Assembly: GCF_009914755.1 (NCBI RefSeq)
Contig: NC_060936.1
Direction: 5' to 3' (one strand)
Origin: the human T2T-CHM13v2.0 reference genome, Homo sapiens
DNA: 64,000 nucleotides
The position numbers were made by a program, and so were the translations under genes. The notes below the pieces were generated by a model, which had not been told where the DNA came from, searched no databases, and saw only the letters and a list, made by a program, of their open reading frames with translations. Position 1 is the stretch's first letter; the number at the start of each line of letters is the position of its first letter. Positions 43,821 to 57,983 of the stretch are shown one piece after another.

Positions 43821-44901
43821 GGTCATTTCCAGTTACCCCCACCTCCCTGCTCTGAATTCTACTATCCACACCCCACTGAGAGAGAAACTGCTAGCGGTGA
43901 AAACAAAAGCCTCCTCACTCCTAAAGGGGAGAGACAGTAAAGGCAAAAGAACGATTCACCCAAGCAGCTAATATTTACAAACTTGCCAAAACCTTCCCCG
44001 ACTTCCCACACAAACACAGACACCAGAGGCTTACTGCTGTCTCAGTTTATTGTACTAAAAATATTTGCCAGCACAAGGTTTTTATTAGTAGTGTGATTAG
44101 GATTATTATTTTTTTTCCACAGACAAAATCGTTACTGGAGTAGGAGGCTGTGGACATCTGAAGAAATACCACAGAGGAAGCCTATACTGCCATCTTTTTC
44201 TCATTTTTTCTGACAGGATCTATATCAATTCCTTTTTTCCATTCCTTAATTCTATTATTTTTAACTACATAAGACATTTTGTTACAGGAAAACCAGAAAA
44301 CCCGAAAACCCAGAAGAAAATGAAAATCATTCACATTCCCTCCTTTCAGAGAAGGCTATGACTATTACATTTTCATTGCTTTTTTCCCATCAACTTTCAC
44401 ATGCACCAACATATAGAGAGTATTGTTTTTAATATTATTTTACAGAAATGGTATCAAACTTGGTGTATTTCCTCCTCTTTATTAGTACATATCACGAGTG
44501 TCTTTCCTTGCTAATAAATATGGATTGAGTTAATGTTTAATGGCTGCCTACTATTAAATTCTGTTGTATGGATGTCTTATAATTTATTTAAGAACAGTCC
44601 TATTGATGCACCTTTAGATTGTTTCTAAGTTTTCATTCTTATAAACCAAGCTGAGATAAGCATCCTGGCAGCTAAATATCTGTACTCATTCATGCTTTCT
44701 TTCTTAAGATAAATTCCTAGAAGTAGTATTTCCAAATAAATAGATATACATAGTTTTGCTGGTACTGTATTTTTGCATGCCCATAAAAAATATATATATA
44801 CACATATATATATCACACTGGAGAGTTTTCCTTTCACCCTTTCCTTTTTCATTGTTGGGAAACATCTCTGAAAAGTCAGAAGTTTTTAAAAACATAATAA
44901 C

Positions 44902-45252
44902 TGCAGTAGTCTGTTATCGCGATGCTAATAAAGACATACCCGAGACTGGGTAATTTATAAAGGAAAGGAGGTTTAATGGACTCACAGTTCCATGTGGCTG
45001 GGGAGGCCTCACAATCATGGTGGAAGACAAAGGAGGAGCAAAGGCATGTCTTACATGGTGGCAGGCAAGAGAGCATGTGCAGGGGAACTGCCCTTTATAA
45101 AACCATCAGATCTCATGAGACTTATTCACTATCACGAAAACCTGCCCCCATGATTCAATTACCTCCCACTGGGTCCCTCCCACGACACGTGGGGATTATG
45201 GGAGCTACAATTCAAGATGAGATTTGGGTGAGGACACAGCCAAACCATATCA
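44902..45252 (-). mobile_element. THE1 (C-like) solo LTR
   Basis: aataaagacatacccgagactgggtaatttataaagg...gacacagccaaaccatatca; TSD ataac/atgac. Confidence 0.85.
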
Positions 45253-46233
45253 ATGACACATCAACATTATACTATGAGAGTTAATTGATCATTAAATTGG
45301 AGTTGCATCACATATATTTAACTAACTTGAGTTCAACTGTCTCACTAAATGTAAAACATCATCAACTTTAAGATATACTATTATTTTATGTAAAATTAAG
45401 AAAGAAAATTAAAAGCTCTTTCAATTAAACTATGACCCAACGCCTTATAGTCCAATGCCACACATTGATTGATCACAGCATTCCTCCTTTGAAATTCTGT
45501 TCATCTATTCTAAGGGATTGCCTCTAGTTGCCTGGCTTGGTGTATAAAAAGAAACCCTTTTGCACATATTTCAGTGACATAATGTACCATAGCTTCATCT
45601 ACTGTGGTTTCTTCCTTTTTAGGGGTTCAGCACAGATTTGATTGTTGCTTTGCAGGAAAATATGAAACTGGAGTCATTCCCCCAAACACAAGAATGTGAT
45701 TCACTAATATCAAGTTTCCACACCACTGCTCTGTTTGGGGACCTTTCTGTATATACACACGCTTTCCATTCCAGTGCCACACCATATCAGTGTAATCTTT
45801 TTGAAGACATTTTAAGTGGCAATTAAAATCAACATGTGAAGTACTTGTAATGTGCATAACTCAGTTGAAGTGATGACAATGTGAGCAGCTAGGACCAAGT
45901 TTGCTTAGGCGCAGGGAATGAAACTATATCATGCCTGCTGGCTGGCTGATAGCAAATTGTAAAATACATCTCAATTTCAGGGATGTGAAAATTAGAAAAA
46001 GTGTGCATATTAAAATTGATGAAATGTCATTAGGGAAGCTTCAAAAAGTTAAGATAAAAAAAGGAGGAATTTCAGTACAAATATGTGGGCAATTATGCTT
46101 CCTTCTTCCACTTGGTAAATGTGTGTCCCATGACAGGCATGAGATAGGACAAATACGTCTGTCCAACTCTCAGCTGATGCCATTTCCCACTTGCAAAGAG
46201 AGGGCATCTCGGCCACATAGAGAGTGGTTCTAG

Positions 46234-46649
<416 letters not shown>

Positions 46650-46724
46650 TAAACACAAACCCAAGGAACAGCCATCTGTTTTAATTCTGGAGGAAAACTT
46701 AGTGAGAGACAGTATATAACTGCC

Positions 46725-47775
46725 AAAAGTTAGAAGCAATTAAGATGTCCTTTAACAGGTGAACGGATAAGTAAGTTGTGGTACATCCAGACAATGGAAT
46801 ATTATTCAGGGCTAAAAAGAAATGAGTTATTGAGCCATAAAAAGACATGCAGGAACCTTAAATCTATATTGCTAAGAGAAAGGAGTCAATCTGAAAAGGT
46901 TACATGATTCTAATTATAATACATGACATTCTGGAAAAGACAAAACTTTGGGGACAATAAGATGATCAGGGGTTGCAGGGAGAAAGGGCTGAATAAGTAG
47001 AGAGCAGAGGATGTTTTTTCTTGTTTTATTTTATTTCAATAGTTTTTGAGGGTACAGGTGGTTTTTGGTTACATGGCGAGTTCTTCAGTGGCAATTTCTG
47101 AGATTTTAGTCCACCCAACACCCAAACGGTGTGCACTGTACCCAATAGGTGGTCTTTTATCCCTCACCCTCCTCTCCCTGCCCTGAGTCCCCAAGGTCCA
47201 TTATATCATTCTGTATGGCTTTGCATCCTCATAGCTTAGCTCCCACTTATAAGTGAGAACATGTGGTGTTTGATTTTCTATTCCTGTGTTACTTCACTTA
47301 GGATAATGGTCTCCAGCTCCATCTAAGTTGCTACAAAAGACATTCTTTTTCCTCTATATGGCTAAGTAGTATTCCATGGTGTATCAAAGACTTAAATCTA
47401 AGACCTGAAACTATAAAAGCTCTGGAAGATAACATCAGAAAAACTCTTCTGGACACTGGTGTAGGCAAATAATTCATGACTAGGATTTTTAGGGCAATGA
47501 AACTACTTTGTATGATGCTATAATGGGGGATACACATCCTTATACATTTGTCCAAACCCATAGAATGTATAACTCTGAGAGTGAATCCAAATGTAAACTA
47601 CAGGCTTTAGTTGATAATAATGTCCCAATGTTGATTCATCCATCGTAATAAATGTACCACGTTAATGCGTGGGGAAACTGCGTGGGGGGGTTTGGGATGG
47701 GGAGTGGGAGCTCTGCATTTGCTGCTCAAGTTTTTCATAAACCTAAAACTGCTCAAAAATGGTCTATTCATTAAA
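46725..47775 (+). mobile_element. Old L1M 3' region interrupted by a younger 5'-inverted L1 insertion (about 47012-47482)
   Basis: Host L1 ...gcagaggat|ttttagggcaatgaaact...; insert is an antisense L1 3' end followed by a sense ORF2 piece (aaagacttaaatctaagacctgaaactataaaa). Confidence 0.7.
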
Positions 47776-50004
47776 TACAAATATATACATCATATAAATA
47801 GGAATTAAAAAATATATATCTTTTAAAAACCACTGCACAGAAACAATCACTATTTAGTGGTGAAACTTCTAGTCTTGTTTCCAGGCAAATATATTCCTAT
47901 TTAATTAAGTGAGAGCATCCTCAACAAGGCATGCACATTTTTAAGAGACTCAGTAAAAATACACAAATTTTCCTGCACAGAGGTATGGATTTCCACCACC
48001 CACATAAAGCACCAGTGCCCTTCTTCCTGCACCCTGACCAACACTGGAACCCCAGCCAGGTTCATATGCAACCACTTGGCTTCTTATGTTTGTTTTATTT
48101 CCCACAGCAGGTGAGAAGGTGCTCAGGGATGCCCCTCTGCTGCCCACCATACCTCGCTGTGCTGGGAAGGAGGAGACGGCGTTTGCCTTGGCTGCATGTT
48201 TGAGCCCCAGGACTGGCTGTCTCTGCTGCAGAGAATGCAAGGAGTGGAGGCTGAAAGGCCCCTGAGGCAGGATGAGATCTGGCTTTTTGTCAGGATGAGA
48301 TTTGTCAATAAAGCTGTTGCAGTCTTGTCAGGATCAAGTCTCATTCCCCTATGCCTGCCCCAAACTCTGGTTCCCTTGAGATAATGCCATAGTCAATTCT
48401 ACAGAGCCTCACACTCGATTCCAGCCCAAGATCAAGACAGCCAGAGGTTAGGAGAGAGGCTGGGAGTCAGACTGACTCTGCTGGAGTTGCAGATCTAACT
48501 GTATATGACTATGGATAAATAATCTTCCCCCAAGTTGTACGGTTAATAAATATAAGAAATCTGAAATACTGTAGGCTCCACTGCTGGCATTTAAATGCTT
48601 CCAACGTTTAGTAGCTGTGTTACCTGGAGCAAGTTACTTAACCTCTCTGAGGCTTAGTTTCCTCAATTATAAAATGGGCATAATAATGCTCACCTCAAAG
48701 GATTCTGGTAGGAATTAAAGGAGATAATTCATGTAGAGTGCTTAGCACATCAGAAGCCCTCCATAAAGAGCAGCTGTTGTGAATCTTCAAGGACCATCGA
48801 GTCCACCCCTCCTCCCTGCCAAACTGGCTTGTGTTTGGGGTGGCAAAGGCTCAGAAAGGAAATACCTTGCGCATAGTCACAAAGTGACTTGCTACTCATG
48901 TCTGGAAGCTCAGTTTTTGAAGCCTCAATCCAGTGCCTTTTTTGTTACCCAAACAAGAGCCCCTCTTGCAGGACACAAAGTGCAGAAACCACGACCTCCT
49001 TTCACTTCCTTGGCTCTCGTCTGCCTCTTGAGGCACTAATGAACCACCAGGCATGTGGAGTCAGCCTCTCAGACAGTAGCTCTCTAACAGGGACATTATT
49101 TAGGACTTGAGTCAGTTCAGCATGAAATTTAATCACTGGATCAATATTGTGACACAGCTTGTCAGAGAGCCGGGGACTGGTCAGGAATACCTGGTTGCCA
49201 AGAATGCTTTCATTTGGTTGGCTTCTCCTTTGGATCTTAAAGAGCCAGTCCTGAAGTGTGGGGAGCAAAGAGGCTTCCATTCCCTGAGTAGGGCACCTTG
49301 TCTCCAACTAACAGCAAAACCCCTAATCCCTCATTTGCACTCATCTCCCTCCAGTGACGCCTGGCTCTCCATATTCTCTCACGATTACTTGTGTAATCCC
49401 ACCTCTGCACCTTTGCCCACTAAGGTCCCCCCACCTTGAGGGTCATCCCTTGCTAGATCTTTCTAACTTGTCCCTCTGCTTCCACTCTGAGCCCCTCCTT
49501 CCTTAATTCGTAGAATGACACCAGTAGTGGATGATGGATGCATTGACCAAATCTTCCTTCAAGCATGAATAACTCATTTCCCAAGCTGCCCTTTCCAAGG
49601 TCACATTCTCTTTCCAAGACAGGTTGTATAGAGACTGGTCATTGCAGAAGCAGAAAGGCCCAGCCTCCTTGCTCAATTTGGGGTAACTCTGAAGGGCCAT
49701 CCCAGGCTCCAAGCTCCCCGTGGCATTGGCTGAGCCCTTCCTTGCAATGCATCACAGCCTGACTTCCTTCTGCTCAATGCTGCTTCTTTCACTTACCTTC
49801 TACAGGTGTGGATCCCAAGAGCACCTCCCAATAAGCTTCCCACAAAATGATCTCTATCTCAGAGTCTGCTTCTCAGGAACTCAACAGCAGAGTGATTCTT
49901 TTAGGCACAGATCCAAGTGTCTTACTTCTCCATTTAAAATCATCTGATGGCTTCCTACTGCACTTGGAATAAAATTCAGACTGCTCATGAGGATTGTAGG
50001 GCTC

Positions 50005-50650
<646 letters not shown>

Positions 50651-51919
50651 GGAAGCTCTCAATGACCTGGTGCCTGCCTTCTTCTCACCCTCATCTCTAC
50701 TACAGTCACTGCTGCTCTCTGTGTTTGAGACTTCCTGCTTTTCTTTCAGTTCCTTGAATACCCCAATCCCATTGATGCCTCGGGGACTTTGCACCTGCTA
50801 TTTCCTCCACCTGAAATACTATGTTCCCAGCACTTTGCACAGCTGGCTCCTTCGTGTACTCAAGTCTCCACTCAAATGCAACCTCTTCCGAGAGGCTGTT
50901 CCTGAAAACTCCATCTAAAGAAGTCCCCCTCCCCCAACATCATTCATCAATGACTCATGCCAAGATAATGTCCACATAGCATGTATCACCTTCTGAAATG
51001 ATCTTATTTACTATTTTTTCATGTATTTTATTGCCTGTCTTCCTCTACCAAAAAGTGAGCCCCAGAGATTTGGGTCTGTTTATTCATTCTGCATCCCTTT
51101 TTGGGCCAAGGACAGAGTTTGTCATTAGCACTATCTCTTATCTCTTAATACTTATTAATGCACAAAAAACTAAGAAAGCATAAATTAAAAATAAAATACA
51201 CATCTACAATATTTGCATATATGGGTTTGCTGGGGGAGAAACTTCTTTTTATAATCACAGATAATCTAGTGTCTGAAATACCAGGCATGTGCAGTCAGCT
51301 AACACAAGATTCAGTATTTACTGGGTATTCATCACAGAGTTCACTCATTCTTATTTCCTCAAAATATCACCTATAACCCAATGACTCCCACATATTTATC
51401 TCTAGCCACTGACTCTCACCTCCAGTTTCCAATTATCTACTGGATATATCAGTGTTGCCATCTTCTCTTCTAGTTATCTCTATTGTAGCACTTATCCAGG
51501 GCATAATAACTCCATACTCTCCTTTGCCTTTTACTACCAACTGCTGGATGGCTGATTTACCTCTATCTCCATAGTATTTATGTTCTTGAGTCATACATTT
51601 GATGTTTTATTAATTAAATGTAATACATTACCATGCTAAAAAAACAAACTTCAGAGATAAAATTCCATAACTTTCTCCTGTGTGCTTCATTATAATCTTT
51701 GCTTGATATATAATTATATATGACAGACTACTGCCATTAGGAGATTAACAGTTTGTGTACATACACATATATGTCCCATACACGTGTACGCATGTGCATG
51801 CACACGGATCCAACAGAAACCCCTGCTCTCATGAAGCTTACCCTCTAATGGAGGAGAAGGACAATAAGTCATATACACACACACACACACACACACACCC
51901 AGGCACACATACATATACA

Positions 51920-52460
<541 letters not shown>

Positions 52461-52990
52461 TAATTATTACATCAAAATTATATACATGTATAAACATGTA
52501 TACATATATAAACATGTATACCTATGTATATGTATATATGTTGGTAATATGTACTATGGAGAAAAACCAGGGGAAGGAAGTCAGAGAGTATCAGGGGTTG
52601 GAGTTGCCTTTTTAAATGGTTGGGGTCAGAGAAGGCCTGGATGAGAAGGTGGCATTTGAATAAAGACTTGAAGGAGGTGAGGAAATAATGGCTAACTGAG
52701 AAAGAGTGCTTCAGGAAGAAGGTTCAACAGTGCAAAAGCCCTGAGGTAGGTAGTTGCCTGACATGTTTGAAGAAGGCAAACAAGACAGTGTGGCTGGAGG
52801 GAATGAGCAAGGAGGTGAGTGGGAGGGGATGAGATTAGAACTGGGTGGTGGGTGGGGTCATGTGGGGCTTGATAAGCAGTTCCAAAGACATTGGCTTTTA
52901 CTCCAAGAGAACACCAGAGGCCACTGGGGAGTTCTGAGGAGAGAATCACATTTTAGCAGCAGTATTGTTTTCAAAATACACTGATTAGAC

Positions 52991-53230
52991 TGCAAGTTTG
53001 TCCAACCCGCAGCCCGTGGGCCACATGCAGCCCAGGACAGCTTTGAATGCAGCCCAACACAAATTCATAAACTTCCTTAAAACATTATGAGATTTTCTTT
53101 GGATTTCTTTTTCTTTCTTTTTTTTTTTTTTGCTCATCAGCTAGCGTTAGTATATTTTATAATGTGTGGCCCAAGACAATTCCTCTTCTTCCAATGTGGC
53201 TCAGGGAAGCCAAAAGTTTGGACATTGCTG
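52991..53230. mobile_element. MER30 hAT-Charlie MITE
   Basis: gtccaacccgcagcccgtgggccacatgcagccc...gggaagccaaaagtttggaca; near-TSD gattagac/gattagag. Confidence 0.75.
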
Positions 53231-55259
53231 GATTAGAGCAAGGGTACAATTGACAGATTATTACAATAATCCACGTGAGAGACTAGGTCCAAGACCACAA
53301 TAAAAACCACCAGTTTTCCAACAAATTCCATTCTCTCTTCCATAGCCGTAAGTGAACCGTTGCTGCTCAACAGGGGACTACATTTCCCAGCCTCCCCTGG
53401 GGCAAGGTCGAATCATGTGACTAAGTTCTAACCAATGAAATATAAACAAAAGAGACGTGTGCAACACTGCCTCACTTGCTTGAAAAAAATGGTGGGTCGT
53501 GTTCTTTTGCCCCCTGCTCGTTTATACAAAGGCACAGGAATGTGCCTGGATGCAGCTGAATCATGCCGATGAGAACAACTGAAGGAAGCTGCGTCCCTGT
53601 GTGAAGGTGTGGAGCAAAGTCTAATATACTCCTAGGCTGTTCACCTCAGGACCATCTCATGAATGAGAAATAAATATCTGTCTTCTATAATCCACTGTAT
53701 TTTGGCATTCTTTGTTACAGCAGCTTAACCTTTACCTCAACTAATACACAGAATTTTACGGAAGGTTTAGCAACATCAGAAGTGAATTACAGCACAGTGT
53801 AGAATAGGAAACAACCTACAATGTAATACTCATCGCCTCTATCCTTAAAGCTCCTTAACCAAACCCTGCAGGGAATTTTTCAGACAGTCTTTTACTTCTC
53901 TGATACATGTATTTCTCCAACTTCCCAGGGCCTGGGGACATCCGCAAAATTTTCTTTCATTTTATTAAGCAAATGAATATTTTCTGAATCTCTATCACAG
54001 ACAAACTCCAGGAACTTCCTTTGCATTACTCAAAAGATTTGGTGGTGCACCTAACCCAGGTGAACATCTTGACACGAATAATTATTGAAAGTAATGGCAA
54101 AAACCTCAATTACATTTGTGCCACCTAATAGCAGAAACTTTGTTATCAACAGTTTTCCTCTCATTTGCTTTACAGTAAGCTTTTCAGCACTTCCTCCTCC
54201 CCTAAAAATACTCTCAAGAAGTAGAAGTGGAGAAGGAGGGGAAACATATTTTCCTCTAACCTGACCAAATCTTAGCATTTGCTCCTGGGGTTTTAGATGA
54301 TGCTTTCTCCCATTTACTCAGACCCAGATATTTATATGACAGGCACCCCTATATATGCATCCACATGGTTCCTTCTTATAGACACACACTCAGGCACACG
54401 CAGACACACAGACAGCTGAGTCATGCTGGAAGGTCCCTAGTTGTCCATTCTGTTCTTTTCTGCCTTCAAACCCCAGCCTTCAACAACACTTCCCAAGACC
54501 GCGGCTCTGTGTCCTTTCCACTGGTTGATTCTTTGGGTTTCTCACCAAAATTCACAGTGGGAACGTTATGCTGGCTCATTTCCTCCCTGCTTTTATGGTC
54601 TGTCCTATTCATTAGTAACACTATGAAGCGGCTTGTAAAATGCATCAGAAACAAGGTCTCCTCTGGAGGACCTAAGAAGCCAAGTCCAGGTGTGGCACAG
54701 TCAGGCTTTGCCCTCATGACAGAAGTGGTCATATTTCTCCCCTGAACAAGATGAGACATCTAATAGGGCTACTTACTCATGGGATAGCTGTGGCCGGCTG
54801 AGTGTTCACACCACCAAGGAAGTGCATGGGGACAAAGCTTCATGGGATCTTGGAGAATGTCCTCCAAGGCCCTGCTCAGGTGATCTGATCAGAATTAGCC
54901 CCTTCTGCTGCCTCCCTGGGGTGTGGAGGGAGTCAGGGAGAATCAGTGAGGAATTAATTATATGTGGTTTCTTGTGTCCCTGTATGGATAGATGTGTATG
55001 CATATTGTGTGTTGACTCGATGAATTGTTAAGTGCATACAAGTCTGGATTGTCTATATATGTTAATGTCAGGGCGTTGATCTCGTTCTCTGTGGGCATGT
55101 GTTCATATTTCATTGTTCCCTGCTTATTTCTCTAGCCCATCTCACACCATTCTGTCTTCTAAACATAGGCTCTTCTTAAATTCCTTACTTCTCTCCAATC
55201 ACTCTGTCCCTCCCTCTGACGCTGTCTTTGCATTTTTCTTCGACTCCGTTAGCTCCGTT

Positions 55260-55510
55260 CCTTTATCTCACCTGCCTCTCCCTCCTTCCTCCTCCCTCCT
55301 CCCCCTCCTTCTCCTTGTCATCTTCCTTCTTCTTCTCATTCTCCTCCTCCTTCTTCCTCCTTCTTTCTTCTTCTTCCTCCTCTCTATCCCTTTCCCTCCT
55401 CTCCATCCTCCTCATCTTCCTCCTTGTACTCCTTCTTCTTCCTCTTCCTCCCCCTTCTTCCTCTCCCCTCCCTGCCCTGTCACTTCCACACACTATTTTC
55501 TTTCCTCCTT
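55260..55510. repeat. Polypyrimidine low-complexity (CCT/CTT)n tract
   Basis: About 250 bp of almost purine-free + strand. Confidence 0.9.
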
Positions 55511-55694
55511 CCACACTCACCTCACCTGACGAAGCCCCCCTTCACCACTCAGCATGGCCATCACTTCTTCTGGCCTGAGCCCCTAGATGGTAACTGTTCC
55601 TGCTGGGTAAGCACCCACCAGTGCCTCCCTTCCCCGTTTGGAACTCCCACCAACTGTACTGCCACTCCCTAGTTCACTGTGTCTTCCCTGGCCA

Positions 55695-56330
55695 CAGTGG
55701 CCTTGCATTGTGTCATCTTAGTTAAATTGAAAGCATTTCCCCAAATTCCCTTTCCTGCAGTGTTCTGTGTTAAAGTGGGCCAACCAACTTGGGTGAGCCT
55801 TGGAAAGTGGGTGTGAAGCAGCAGTTGTGTTTATGCTCCAGGGGTCAATGTGAGCTGAGGCTCTGCTGCATCTCACACTCATTGTCATGGATTTGATGGC
55901 TCATCTTGTTGGGAGATTGCAGACAGCAGGCAGGGCTGGGGCTCCTCCACCTCCTGCCGATCTCCTCTTTTACTTTTTCTAACGTCTGTGCCAGATTTGG
56001 GTGCAGCTCCATGGTCCTTCCAAAGCTCACGGCATCACTCAGATTAGAAGTCTGGAGGCACTGAGAGACTGACAGTTCCCAGGGAGGGACAAAGGCAGCT
56101 TCCAGTTTTCCTTGGTGTGTTCCAGCTCATCCTCATGGGTTCCATGTTGTTCTTGCTCTCTCCCATTTCATGTCCGTAATCACTTACCAAGGCACAGCCC
56201 TGCTGAATGTAGGTTCAGCATCCAATGCTTACATAAGCAGCACCACCAACCGGCACAGTCACGTAAGGCCCAGCCCTATCATAAACCCCTTATATCACTC
56301 ATACTGGTTCTGCTTCTTTGACCTGATAAA
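55695..56330 (+). mobile_element. LTR41-like ERVL LTR
   Basis: tgtgtcatcttagttaa...catttccccaaattccctt...gtgaagcagcag; subfamily from recall. Confidence 0.5.
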
Positions 56331-56714
56331 CAGCCTAAAACCTCCCAGAGGACAGGATTTCAACTCAACTCGCAAATTAACATGATTGTTCACTGTTGAA
56401 TTCCCAGAATTGAGAATGCACCCACCACTTGGAAATAGCCCCATAAGAATGCCCTACACTCAACCACAACATTGATGTACTCGCCTAGTGATCTATGCGC
56501 ATGTGTGCACACCTAGGCATTTCTATAGTTCTTATGAGATCAGCTGTCACAAGAACTGGCAGTGGATCTCATATTGGCAGCCCTGGATCAAATATGTCCT
56601 ACTTATAGGTTACCCTTGGTCCAGAGGGCTTTTAAATTTTTGAATTAGTTGTAACATTTAGAAGTCAAATTTCACATACAAAATCCAGGTTTTAAACTTT
56701 TCTTTACAAAATTG

Positions 56715-57003
56715 GGCCAGGTGCGGTGGCTCACACCCGTAGTTCCAGCACTTTGGGAGGCTGAGGTGGGTGGATCACTTGAGTCCAGGAGTTTGAGAGA
56801 AACTTGGGCAATATGGTGAGACCCTGTCTCTACAAAAGATACAAAAATTAACTGGGTGGGGTGGCACACGCCTGTAGTATGAGCTACTCAGGGGGTGAGG
56901 TGGGAGAATAGCTTGAGACCGGCAGGTGGAGGTTGCAGTGAGTCATGATTGCACCACTGGACGCCAGCCTCAGTGACAGAGCAAGACTCTGTCTCAAAAA
57001 AAA
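56715..57003 (+). mobile_element. AluJ
   Basis: Diverged sense Alu with A tail. Confidence 0.88.
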
Positions 57004-57935
57004 TCAATAGCTCAAGCAACATGGAGCTGACTTTCTCCATGGCATCAACTGTGTAAAGATGGAGAACTGATGTACCCTTTTCATGGGACTTGTGCCCTCT
57101 GCTTCCCACCCCACCCAGTCCCTTCATTTACATTCCTTTCTGTCCCCTCTAGAACTTTGAGTTTGAACTGTTCTACCTCTGGCTTCTTTGTCGTGGAAAA
57201 GAATAAACTACTTGTGCTAGCCCATATTTCTGTGTCTCTGTAACTTGCAGCAGAATATAATCCTAAGTGACAAAACCGGCATCATCATATTATACTATTA
57301 AGAGTCCAAAAAGAGGGATATACAGTATTTGATCGAAATGTCTTCCCTTGAGTTAGTTGCGCACATGTTCTGAATCCAAATTAAAATATGCAATGGTCTT
57401 TTTCCTTAAGTTTAAGCCATGCATTTCCACGTGTACAGTCTCCCCAGGGTAGGGAGATGGGAGTGGCTACTCTCCTTTGTTTAGCTTGTTCCCCAGCTCT
57501 CTAAAAGGCGTGAGACCTTTATTCTAGACTCTTCAGTTCCCCATCACCATCTTGGTGCTCTCTTGCTCAGCTCTCTCTCTCGCTCACTCAGTGTCCCTAT
57601 CTTCTCCCTGTAGCAGATGACATTGGTCCCTCACTACACACCTGCACATTGTCTCTGGCACTGCTCACAAGTGCTTGCGACTCACCACATGCTGCCTTTA
57701 CTGTAGCTTGGCTTCTGGATGGAGAAAATTCAATATGACTGAGCCCACCACTCAGCCATGCTGTTAGCATGACAAGCCAGGGGAGTCCCGGCCTCTTTCT
57801 CTGCCTCCAGTTATATTATTTGGTTAGTACAGCTTTATCATATGCCCAACATCATTTCTATATGCACATTTATATGCATCTTCATTTCTATATGCAAGTT
57901 TAATTCTGTAAACATATGCACTGGTGTTTCCTATA

Positions 57936-57939
<4 letters not shown>

Positions 57940-57980
<41 letters not shown>
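57940..57980. repeat. (TA)n microsatellite, about 20 units
   Basis: Uninterrupted TA run. Confidence 0.95.

Positions 57981-57983
<3 letters not shown>

Noticed and set aside
47670-47710. G-quadruplex-like G-runs
   Set aside because: Lies within an old L1 3' G-rich tract; common, with no specific context.
55113-55672. Leu/Ser/Pro-rich and Glu/Arg-rich ORFs
   Set aside because: Translations of a low-complexity pyrimidine tract.
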